Assembly: GCF_014395975.1 (NCBI RefSeq)
Contig: NZ_CP060714.1
Coordinates: 4,463,686-4,527,685 of the forward strand
Reading direction: 5' to 3'
Length of the DNA: 64,000 nucleotides
From: Diaphorobacter ruginosibacter
GTDB lineage: Bacteria; Pseudomonadota; Gammaproteobacteria; Burkholderiales; Burkholderiaceae_C
This document shows positions 28,201 through 35,427 of this stretch, in pieces. Under the pieces are notes generated by a model, which was not told where the DNA came from, did not search any database, and saw nothing but the letters and a program-made list of their open reading frames with translations. Positions within the stretch are counted from its first letter, which is position 1; every line of letters begins with the position of its first letter. The translations under genes were made by a program, and so were the position numbers.

Positions 28201-30802
28201 CGCCATCGAACAGGTCCGTGCGGTCCTGCAGCGAACGGAAGGCCTGGTCGCGCAGCGTCTTCACGCGGGTCTCGATATCGTCCGCCTTCACGGGGTCGAA
28301 CAGCTCCGTGCGCAGCCGCTCGGCCAGTTCCTTGAGCTTGTTGATCAGCGGATCGCCCGCGAAGAAGGCATGCAGCGCCTCGTTCGAGGCCAGCTTTTCC
28401 GTGCGCTTGGGCAGGCTCTGCACGATGCGCAGCGCCGCGTCCAGCACGCCCTGCGCTCGGCGCTGGCGCTCGTCCTGCAGCGACTGGCGGCGGGCCTCGA
28501 AGGTCTCGAGCAGTTCCTCGCGCTTGGCGACGATGTCGGAGAGAAACTGCTCGTGCTCCCCGAACTGGCCTTCGATCTCCTCGAGCTGGACCAGCAGCCG
28601 CGCAAGCTGCTCATCGCACTTCTCCGGCGTCTGCGCAAGTCCCAGCGCATTGACGATGCTCTGCGAAAACAGCGCCAGCTGCGCCGCGAACTGCGCCACC
28701 TGCTCCGAGCTTCCAAGGCTGCTGCGGCGCTGCTCGGCGCGCGCACGCACCTGATTCAGGCGCGAATAGATCACCGAGATGCGGTCCACCACCTGCGTGC
28801 GCTGCGTGGCATCGTCGATCTTCAGTCCGCCCATCAATTCGGAGAGCATGTCGAGCGCAGCGGAGATGCGCGTCATCTCGGCCAGCGGCTCCTTGAGCAG
28901 CAGCACCGTGGCCGCCGCCTGCGCCTGCTGGTCGAGCGCCTGCAGTTCATCCACGTAGGGCTGCAGCGCCGCATCCGTGGCGACGAATGCCGCCGTGCGC
29001 TGCGACACATCGCCCTGCGCCTCGTTCACGGAAGCCACCATGGCATCGATGGCGGCCGTGTCCACATAGCGCAGCTCGCGCGTGGACATGAGCTGGCCGC
29101 GCAGCCTGGCCAGCTCATCGAGCGCGGTGACATGCTCGTCCACCGTCGCCCAGTCGCTGGTGCGCAGGTGCTTGAGCAGGCCTGCATGCTGCGTGGACAC
29201 GGCGCTCATCGCGCGCGTCGACGCCTGCCGGATGCTCTCGACCTTCTCGTATTCGTCGATCACCGCATCGCCCGTGGCGGCAATGCCGTGCAGCACCTCG
29301 TTCATCTGCGCGAGCTGCTGCGTGTTGATCCATTGATGGCGCTCGAACAGGCGGCGCGTGGTATCGATCAGGCGTTCATAGCGTGCCAGCGACACCTCGG
29401 GCGCGGCGATTTCCTTGCGCACGCTGTAGATGTCGGAGATGCCGCTGACCAGCTCCGCATTGCCGATGCGGCCGAGGAAGGTGTCCTTCTGCGGCTGGCT
29501 GGCGGCATAGTCCTCGGAGGCGAACGGCGTGCGCCAGATCTGCATGGGGTGCACGCGCGTGGCCTCGTCGCTGTCGGCCGCGAAGATCACGATCCGGCCG
29601 TCCTCGAGCCTCGCGTAGCCGTGGCAGACGATGGGCGGCTGCAGCGCGCGCTCGATCAGGTTGTACTTGAACAGCGCCATGCGTCCGCTGCCCGGCTCGT
29701 AGAAGATGTACAGCACGTCCTCGCCGTTGGGCGAGCGGATGCTGCGCCGGAAGCGCATGCCCTGCATGTCCTGCTCGAACCTCCGGTGCTCGCCGCTTTG
29801 CAGGTAGTAGCCGCCCGGAAAGATGATGCCGTGGTCGTCGGGCAGCTGGATGCAGGCACCCGCGATCGCGTCCATGCGCAAGACCTGCTGCGACAGCGTG
29901 TTGTAGATGAGGTAGCGCCACTGCTCCTCGCGGTACGGCAGGATCTTCAGCAGCACCATGCTGCCGACCTGCGCATACTCGAACACCGCATCGTCGAGCG
30001 ACTGGTTGGCCTCCTGCACCGGCTCGCTGTAGATGCCGAGGCCGTCGTTGGTGTTGTTCTCCACCTTCACGGTGAGCGTGCCGCCCAGCGTCTCGACGAA
30101 CACCTTGTCGAGGATGTTCATGTGCGCATGGCGGCCCTGGACGATCTGCTCGCGTCCCGCGCGCTGCCATTCGAAGTCGTAGGCCGATGGCGGCAGGATG
30201 TCGCGTTCGCCGCGGTTGTCTATGTACCTGACCGCCTTGCCGTCCGGCGAGATCGACCAGCGGAACACGCGCACGTCGGTGATGCGCTCGCCGATCTGGA
30301 AACTTGCGAGCAGCTTGCTGTCGCGCACGACGAGCTGCATGAGCCGCGTGTTCTTGTAATAGGCATAGAGCTCCTGGAAGTCCTGCACGAAGCTCTGGAT
30401 GCCCAGGAAACTGTCCTTGAGGTCGACCGGTGCCACGTCATAGCCGTGCTCGCCCTCCTCGAGCCGGTAGAGCGCAAACACATCCTCCACGCGCGTGGTC
30501 TGCTTGAGCCCCATGAAGACGTTGTAGCCGAACAGCAGGTATTCGCCCACCTGCGTGATGTCGCGGCCCACGCAGTTGTTCTCGGTGCGCACCCGCATGC
30601 GGCCCAGCACCTCCATCTGGCTGCGGCCGAACTCCTCAAGACGTTCCTCGTTGAGCTGGCGCACCAGCGATTCGAGCTGCTCGCCCTGCGCGGCCAGGCG
30701 CCTGGCCAGCACTTCATACGATCCACCGCTGGCAACGGCCTGATCGACGACGGAGGCGGGTTGTTGTTCGGTTGGATGAGGCGATTCGGACATCTTGATC
30801 AC
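25250..30802 (-). CDS. giant (1850 aa) multidomain protein with an embedded MoxR/dynein-type (AAA_5-like) AAA+ ATPase domain
   Basis: Uninterrupted 5.55-kb ORF. Walker A is MMISPPGYGKTTLMEYV (nt about 26776-26802, residue about 1335). Walker B is VMLYIDDIQH. The MoxR-like sensor region is FCIVMSGNPYTESGEVFKIPDMLANRADIYNLG. N-terminal about 470 aa is beta-rich. Long alpha-helical/coiled-coil stretches flank the ATPase; no TM helices. Start is GTG 30802 or ATG 30793. Confidence 0.85.
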   Translation of the reverse strand: MIKMSESPHPTEQQPASVVDQAVASGGSYEVLARRLAAQGEQLESLVRQLNEERLEEFGRSQMEVLGRMRVRTENNCVGRDITQVGEYLLFGYNVFMGLKQTTRVEDVFALYRLEEGEHGYDVAPVDLKDSFLGIQSFVQDFQELYAYYKNTRLMQLVVRDSKLLASFQIGERITDVRVFRWSISPDGKAVRYIDNRGERDILPPSAYDFEWQRAGREQIVQGRHAHMNILDKVFVETLGGTLTVKVENNTNDGLGIYSEPVQEANQSLDDAVFEYAQVGSMVLLKILPYREEQWRYLIYNTLSQQVLRMDAIAGACIQLPDDHGIIFPGGYYLQSGEHRRFEQDMQGMRFRRSIRSPNGEDVLYIFYEPGSGRMALFKYNLIERALQPPIVCHGYARLEDGRIVIFAADSDEATRVHPMQIWRTPFASEDYAASQPQKDTFLGRIGNAELVSGISDIYSVRKEIAAPEVSLARYERLIDTTRRLFERHQWINTQQLAQMNEVLHGIAATGDAVIDEYEKVESIRQASTRAMSAVSTQHAGLLKHLRTSDWATVDEHVTALDELARLRGQLMSTRELRYVDTAAIDAMVASVNEAQGDVSQRTAAFVATDAALQPYVDELQALDQQAQAAATVLLLKEPLAEMTRISAALDMLSELMGGLKIDDATQRTQVVDRISVIYSRLNQVRARAEQRRSSLGSSEQVAQFAAQLALFSQSIVNALGLAQTPEKCDEQLARLLVQLEEIEGQFGEHEQFLSDIVAKREELLETFEARRQSLQDERQRRAQGVLDAALRIVQSLPKRTEKLASNEALHAFFAGDPLINKLKELAERLRTELFDPVKADDIETRVKTLRDQAFRSLQDRTDLFDGGGNVIKLGRHKFSVGNQDLELTLLPRGAEGRELFLHLVGTEYFEAVDNPELAQLQAYWDVSTPAESPQFYRGEYLALSLLLAARNRADGWDEVRLRQLALDHAALTQAVREFAAPRYREGYERGIHDHDAALILQTLLPLRDAAGVLRFGPDARALAVLFWSEHERIQQPQLAGAIAQWPRRAQHAQSMQALFASETELQSLQADIGVQLRTFAEEGGLLELFHGLSAHGDIDGLIRSAANYLQAELAQKALRFHFSSYGQSAVAALQGVLRSDAQNPQQWDEMLQYWQGDTRHQRSNGHHVAPLSERWRSALHWLQTACRALKTAEGDALLAYCGEAAAWLTCASHLPNTVSTVDLRAEVTGLLGQHPRIDGGRMALQIDDLGMRAAHHFRIFVPEFERYQQLRQQVLKGYRERIRVEEFKARPLTSFVRNKLINESYLPVIGDNLAKQIGAVGETRRTDQMGLLMMISPPGYGKTTLMEYVASRLGLIFMKINGPALGHSVRSLDPAQAPDATAAKELEKLNLALEMANNVMLYIDDIQHTHPEFLQKFISLSDGTRRIEGVWRGQTKTHDLRGKRFCIVMSGNPYTESGEVFKIPDMLANRADIYNLGDVLGGMEEVFKLSYIENSMTSNAVLAPMATRSLQDLYLLIEKAQGKEVSGNALSYEYSSAELREIDATLQRMLKVREIVFHVNQQYIQSAAQDDHYRKEPPFKLQGSYRNMNKLAEKITPVMNDAEMQQMLDDHYQGEAQMLTTGAEENLLKLRELRGALDAEQAARWGDIKAEFLRQKAMGGAGADAGTRVASQLVDLVAATRDLAGAQHSSTEKQLSQSEKQGQLWLKLGQLQQAQSQRSQGEWGELLGQLQAAQRATDESLQRIGNALSSVQKPVPGGEGRADADDAPERSAQLLGAIVQTAMQPVADHLEHSRRQQLGLHRVLMQVATRMQEQIDALRRHGDGKPTLRADEIDNAFNKMARDEIDTRK
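26117..26132. promoter_or_regulatory. parS-like site (TGATTCACGTGAAACA, 1 mismatch)
   Basis: Inside the giant AAA+ gene. Confidence 0.6.
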
Positions 30803-30958
30803 GCGCTTTCACTGGTGGCTCGCGCTCCCGCCAGCGGGAGAGAAAGGAAGGTGAGGGTCGTTGGGGATCGGGGGCAGCGTGATTTCCAATGCTGCCGATG
30901 CCTTCACCCCGGCCCTCTCCCGCACGCGGGAGAGGGAGCCTGAAGGCCGATTTCAGCC

Positions 30959-33043
30959 TCAGGCAGCAGGCGGCTGCTTGCCGTTGTCGGAGCCGCTGCC
31001 GGAGCCGCTGTTGCCCAGCAGCGCGCCCACACCGCCCTTGCTGTTCAGGAACTTGTTCAGCAGCTCCTGCACGATCGGGCTCTTGCCGGACACGCCCTCG
31101 ATCGCCTTGCCCACGGAGAGCGCCTTGGCGAAGTTGTCGAAGAACGCACCCTCGCCGCCCACGATGTCGATGTTGGCCTTGCTGAGCGCCGAGGACAGCA
31201 CCTCGGCCTGCTCCTTGGCCACGGTCTTGTTGGCATCGATGGCCGCGAGTGCCTGCTCGAAATTCTTCTCGAGCTGCATGCGGAACTCCTCGTGCGAGCG
31301 CGCCTGATCCGACAGGCCGCCGAGCGCCGTGAACTTCTCGGTCAGGCCCTTGGCTTCCGCGAACAGCTTGTCGCGCAGCACATCGGCTTCGGACTGGCCC
31401 ACCTCGCGTGTGACCGTGGCCCTGGTCGCACCCACCTGCGCCTCGCCGCGCGCCTGTGCAAGCAGACGCTCTTCGAGCACCTTGGCGTCGGCCAGGCCCT
31501 GCTTCTCGTTGGCATCGGCCGTGGCCTCGATCACGCGGGCATGCGCAAGACCCTTTTCCTGGTCGCCCTTGGCCTCGGCAATGAGGCGCTCGGCGATCAC
31601 CTTGGCCTGTGCCAGGCCTTCCTTCTCGATCGCGGCAGCGGTGACCTCGCGCACCTTCGCGTCGGCCAGGCCGGGCGCCGCACGCTCCACCTCGATGGCC
31701 TCGGCCATCTTCTTCTTGGCCTCGGCGGTCTTGCCGGCGGCCTCGAGCTCGGCCTGCGCGAGCGTGGTGACTTCCACCGCCTTGTGGCGCGACGCGGTCT
31801 CGTCGGCCTCGGCCTTCTTCACCTGGCGCACCAGGTCTTCCTGCGCCTGCGCCTCGGCGGTCAGCACCGTGACCTGCTTCATGCGCTCGGCCTCGGAAAC
31901 CACGCGCACTTCCTTGATGCGTTCCTCTTCCTGCGCCACGGTCTTTTCCACCGCCACGCGCTCGCGGACCACGTTGGCAATGTTGGCCTTCTCGACCTCG
32001 ATGGCCTTTTCCTTCTCGATGCGCTGCAGCTCCACCTCACGCTCGCGCGAGACGATCTCGAGCTCCTTGGCACGCGTGACCTTCTCGATCTCGATGACCA
32101 CCGCGCGCTCGCGGTTCTGCTGCGCCACGGCCACCTCGCGGGCCTTGTTCTCCTCGCGGATGTCCAGTTGCTCCTGCGTCTGGATGCGGGCCTGCTCGGC
32201 CTTCAGGCGCTCTTCCTCCTGCACCTTCTGGGTCTCGGCCTGCTCCCGCGCCTGGATGGTCGCGATCTCGCGCTTCTGCCGCGCTTCCGCATCGGCCTGC
32301 TGCCGAGCCAGGGCCAGCATGGCTTCCTTGGTTTCCACGTTCTTCTTGGTGATCGCGAGATCGGCGTTGCGCTCCAGTTCGTTGGTCACGATGTTCTGGT
32401 TGGCGGTCAGTTCGGTGATCTTGCGGATGCCCTCGGCGTCGAGGATGTTGTTGGGATCGAGCGAGGACTTCGGTGTCTGTTCGAGGTAGTCGATCGCCAC
32501 GTCCTCGAGCACGTAGCCGTTCAGGTCGTTGCCGATCACGTGGATGATCTGGTCGCGGAAATCCTGGCGGTTCTCGAACAGCTTCACGAACTCGATCTGC
32601 TTGCCGACGGTCTTGAGCGCCTCGGAGAACTTGGCGTTGAACAGCTCGTTCACGGCCCCCTTGTCGGAGGCGCGGTCCACGCCGATGGACTTGGCCACCT
32701 TGAGCACGTCTTCGGCCGTCTCGTTGACGCGCAGGTAGAAGGCCACTGTGATGTCCGCACGCATGTTGTCCTTGCAGATCAGTCCTTCCTTGCCGCGCCG
32801 GTCGATCTCCAGCGTGATCAGCGAGATCTGCATGAACTCCTTCTTGTGGATCACGGGCAGCACCAGGCCGCCGGTGAACTTCACCTTGGGCTGCGACGTG
32901 GTGTCGTTGATGATCAGCGCCGTGCCCTGCGGCACCTTGATGTAGAAGGCCTTGACCATGGCCAACATGGCAAAGATCAGCACGACGATGACCGCAACGG
33001 CCACGCCGAGAACGATGTACCACTCGGAGAAGTTCAAGCTCAT
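30959..33043 (-). CDS. flotillin-family (SPFH/Band 7, YqiK-like) membrane protein
   Basis: N-terminal TM helix, SPFH domain, then a long EA/EQ-rich coiled coil (AEAEARQKREIATIQAREQAE...), 694 aa. Confidence 0.9.
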   Translation of the reverse strand: MSLNFSEWYIVLGVAVAVIVVLIFAMLAMVKAFYIKVPQGTALIINDTTSQPKVKFTGGLVLPVIHKKEFMQISLITLEIDRRGKEGLICKDNMRADITVAFYLRVNETAEDVLKVAKSIGVDRASDKGAVNELFNAKFSEALKTVGKQIEFVKLFENRQDFRDQIIHVIGNDLNGYVLEDVAIDYLEQTPKSSLDPNNILDAEGIRKITELTANQNIVTNELERNADLAITKKNVETKEAMLALARQQADAEARQKREIATIQAREQAETQKVQEEERLKAEQARIQTQEQLDIREENKAREVAVAQQNRERAVVIEIEKVTRAKELEIVSREREVELQRIEKEKAIEVEKANIANVVRERVAVEKTVAQEEERIKEVRVVSEAERMKQVTVLTAEAQAQEDLVRQVKKAEADETASRHKAVEVTTLAQAELEAAGKTAEAKKKMAEAIEVERAAPGLADAKVREVTAAAIEKEGLAQAKVIAERLIAEAKGDQEKGLAHARVIEATADANEKQGLADAKVLEERLLAQARGEAQVGATRATVTREVGQSEADVLRDKLFAEAKGLTEKFTALGGLSDQARSHEEFRMQLEKNFEQALAAIDANKTVAKEQAEVLSSALSKANIDIVGGEGAFFDNFAKALSVGKAIEGVSGKSPIVQELLNKFLNSKGGVGALLGNSGSGSGSDNGKQPPAA

Positions 33044-33105
33044 GGTTTCAGTTCCTCACAGAGAAAATCACAAAAGAAAAACGGGAAAAAATCAGGGTCG
33101 GCCGA

Positions 33106-33777
33106 TCAGCGCAGCGGCAGATCCAGGCCTTCGAATTCGGCCTTGCTCACCACGCGCCAGGCGTTGTGTTCCGGCATGCGCTCGATGAGCACGACCTCGG
33201 TGCCACGCGGCAGTTCGCGGTCGGGCGAGCGCATCTGCACGTTGAGTCCGCCGCCGCCGTCCTCGACGCTGCCGTAGCCCTGGCTCGCGTTGACCACGGC
33301 GCTGCGCACCAACCCCGTGCGGCCCAGGACGACCTTGGCCTCCTCGGGAGGCGCCACCATGGCGATCGCCTTGCGCAACGGCCGCAGCACGATGACGGTG
33401 GCAACGAAGCCCAGCACCGATGCGGCCGCGAACAGCCCGGTGCCGGTGACGATGTTCAGGAGCGTCCAGCCCTCGGGCATGGGCACGAGGTGCGCCAGAG
33501 CGTAGCTGATGAGCCAGGAGAGCAGGAACAGCACGGTCAGGATCACCGTGAGCGGAATGCCACCCAGCCCCACCTTGAGCAGCAGCCCGGCGAGCGCACC
33601 GATGGAATCCTCGGCACCGTGCCCATGGTGGCTGCCGTCGAACAGCACCCAATGGTCCATGGAGTCCACTTCCACCAGCCCGAAAATGGCGATCACCCAG
33701 TACAGCAGCATGCACAGCAGCAGCATGCCGAAAATGAATGTCGGGAATCCCAGCGCGTAATGCAAGAACGCCGTCAT
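33106..33777 (-). CDS. YqiJ/NfeD-like inner-membrane protein (DUF1449-type: N-terminal TM helices and C-terminal OB-fold)
   Basis: Same architecture as E. coli YqiJ. The C-terminal beta domain is GTEVVLIERMPEHNAWRVV. GAAGGAGGG RBS. Sits immediately upstream of flotillin, as in yqiJK. Confidence 0.75.
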   Translation of the reverse strand: MTAFLHYALGFPTFIFGMLLLCMLLYWVIAIFGLVEVDSMDHWVLFDGSHHGHGAEDSIGALAGLLLKVGLGGIPLTVILTVLFLLSWLISYALAHLVPMPEGWTLLNIVTGTGLFAAASVLGFVATVIVLRPLRKAIAMVAPPEEAKVVLGRTGLVRSAVVNASQGYGSVEDGGGGLNVQMRSPDRELPRGTEVVLIERMPEHNAWRVVSKAEFEGLDLPLR

Positions 33778-33955
33778 ACAGACCCTCCTTCGATGGATGA
33801 TGTTGTTGTGTTGCGCTGCCCGATCAGGCGGGGGCCTGTCGGGGCAGCTCTTCGATCCTTGAGGAACTTCTTATTGATCTTTCTGGATGGACTCGCCTGC
33901 ACCGCCGCGCAGGGGCGGCGCCCAGGCTGGGGTTCGGGCGCGGCCCGGGCCCCGG

Positions 33956-34663
33956 TCAGGCACTCTTGCCGGCCGAGGCCTTCTGCGCTTTCAGGCGCTC
34001 CAGCACCGACTGCGCATTGCCCTGTTGTGGCGTGATGCCCGCAGCCCGCAGTTTCGCATCCAGGGCGTCCTCGCTGCCTTCGCGCGCAAGTTCGGCCGCG
34101 CTTTGCAGGCGCGCGCCGCGCTCGGCCTGCTTCTGCTTGATGCGTTCGAGCGAATCCAGCGCGTTCTGCACCCGCGACTGCGAGCCGGTATAGCGCCCCG
34201 CAACGGTGGCCTGGGCGCGCTGCACGCTCTCGGTGGCCTTCACCGTGTCGGCCTGCTGCTTGAGGCGCTTGATGTTGGTGGTGGCCGCCTGGATCGCATG
34301 GCGCAGCTCGTCCACGCTCTGCGTGTAGGCCGCAAGCTGCGACTCCTCCTCGGCCTGCTGGGCCTCGAGCAGCGAGACCTTGCCCGCCACTTCCAGCGCC
34401 AGCGTCTCGTCATTCGTCTCGAGCGCCTTGAGCGCGTAGCCCTCGTATTCACCGATCTTGAGCTGCGTGGCCTGCAGCCTGGAGGCAGCAAGCTTCTGCT
34501 TGGCCATGATCTCGGCCAGCGCTTCCTTGGACTTGTTCAGGTCGTTGTCCGCGTCGCGGATTTCCTGGTCGAGGATGCGCAGCGCCTGACTGTCGGTGAC
34601 GGCCTCGCCCGCTTCGTGTGCGGCACCGCGCAGCGCGGTCACCAGCTTGTTCCAGACTGCCAT
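33956..34663 (-). CDS. PspA/IM30-family protein (YjfJ-like; ESCRT-III superfamily)
   Basis: MAVWNKLVTALRGAAHEAGEAVTDSQALRILDQEIRDADNDL... follows the PspA/Vipp1 helical pattern, 235 aa. AAGGAG RBS. Confidence 0.85.
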   Translation of the reverse strand: MAVWNKLVTALRGAAHEAGEAVTDSQALRILDQEIRDADNDLNKSKEALAEIMAKQKLAASRLQATQLKIGEYEGYALKALETNDETLALEVAGKVSLLEAQQAEEESQLAAYTQSVDELRHAIQAATTNIKRLKQQADTVKATESVQRAQATVAGRYTGSQSRVQNALDSLERIKQKQAERGARLQSAAELAREGSEDALDAKLRAAGITPQQGNAQSVLERLKAQKASAGKSA

Positions 34664-34710
34664 GATGAACTCCTTGTGCTGTGGGTTGTCGTTGCGTTGC
34701 CCGAACCGCT

Positions 34711-35364
34711 TCAGGCCTGCTGGGCGCGCGGCAGATAGCCGGCGAGCGCCTCGGTCACCTGGATCACGCTGTCGGCCAGCGCCAGGATTTCGCAGATGAT
34801 GTCGTCGCTGCTGCTCGTGGCGCGCATGGCCGAGAACATCACGTAGCCTTCGCCTTCCGAGCCCAGCGGCTCGAGCGCGAGCGTCGCATGGGGAAAGAGC
34901 TTCTGCAGGCGCAGGATCTGCTCGTTGAGGCCGGCGCGGTCGGCGACGTCCGCCGCCGACCAGAGGAACGCCTCCACGACGAGCTGGTCGCCCGAGAGCG
35001 CAAGGTGCACGGGCAGGTCACCGAAATCCGGCAGCGTGACCAGCAGGCTCGCGTCGGCGCCTTCCAGCACCTCGACCTGCAGGCGGCCGCCTTCGGCCAG
35101 CGCGGAGCGTTGCAGGTCTTCTGCAAGGCTGTGAATGTTCCAGTACGGATGTGTGCTCGATTCCATGTCACCCTCCTTGTGGTCAAAAGCCAAAGACTCG
35201 GGATGCGCCCCGGGCAGGCGCATCAACCTCTCCAGCCGCTGCAGGGCTTGCCCGTACTGCGGCAGGATCCACACCTCTTTCTTCACCAGCCCCTGCTCGC
35301 GCAGCCGCTGACGGTGCAAACGCTGGTAATGTGCCGAGGTTTTCGGTTCCAGTTTCGGTTCCAT
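34711..35364 (-). CDS. DUF2170 (YjfI-like) protein; the ORF has an in-frame 66-codon N-terminal extension (alternative strong internal start at 35166)
   Basis: SLLVTLPDFGDLPVHLALSGDQLVVEAFL aligns with E. coli YjfI. AAGGAGGGTGAC-ATG at 35166 would give the canonical 151-aa product. The upstream 198 nt is in frame and codon-biased. Confidence 0.6.
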   Translation of the reverse strand: MEPKLEPKTSAHYQRLHRQRLREQGLVKKEVWILPQYGQALQRLERLMRLPGAHPESLAFDHKEGDMESSTHPYWNIHSLAEDLQRSALAEGGRLQVEVLEGADASLLVTLPDFGDLPVHLALSGDQLVVEAFLWSAADVADRAGLNEQILRLQKLFPHATLALEPLGSEGEGYVMFSAMRATSSSDDIICEILALADSVIQVTEALAGYLPRAQQA

Positions 35365-35382
35365 GCGTCTACTCTAACTTCA

Positions 35383-35405
35383 TTACATGTGATGTGTACA
35401 TGTAA
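35383..35405. promoter_or_regulatory. palindromic candidate operator TTACATGTgatgtgTACATGTAA
   Basis: Two ACATGT palindromes in inverted arrangement, sited between the ATG at 35364 (minus) and the cobB ATG at 35428. Confidence 0.4.
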
Positions 35406-35427
35406 TGTGTGTCAATATGAAACTCCA

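Noticed and set aside
26570-30943. Long plus-strand ORFs (520 and 923 aa) and many 60-340-aa ORFs on both strands inside the 25250-30802 gene
   Set aside because: They are GC-rich antisense or alternate-frame open frames with Arg/Ala/Gly-rich low-complexity translations and no motifs. The minus-strand 1850-aa frame carries coherent AAA+ motifs.
31292-33277. 661-aa plus-strand ORF opposite the flotillin gene
   Set aside because: It is antisense to a clear SPFH/flotillin coding sequence. Its translation is repetitive L/G/H-rich without motifs.
35167-35427. Possible cobalamin riboswitch upstream of cobB
   Set aside because: No B12-box-like conserved element is present. The region is mostly the in-frame coding-like extension of the YjfI-like gene, and only about 63 bp is truly intergenic.
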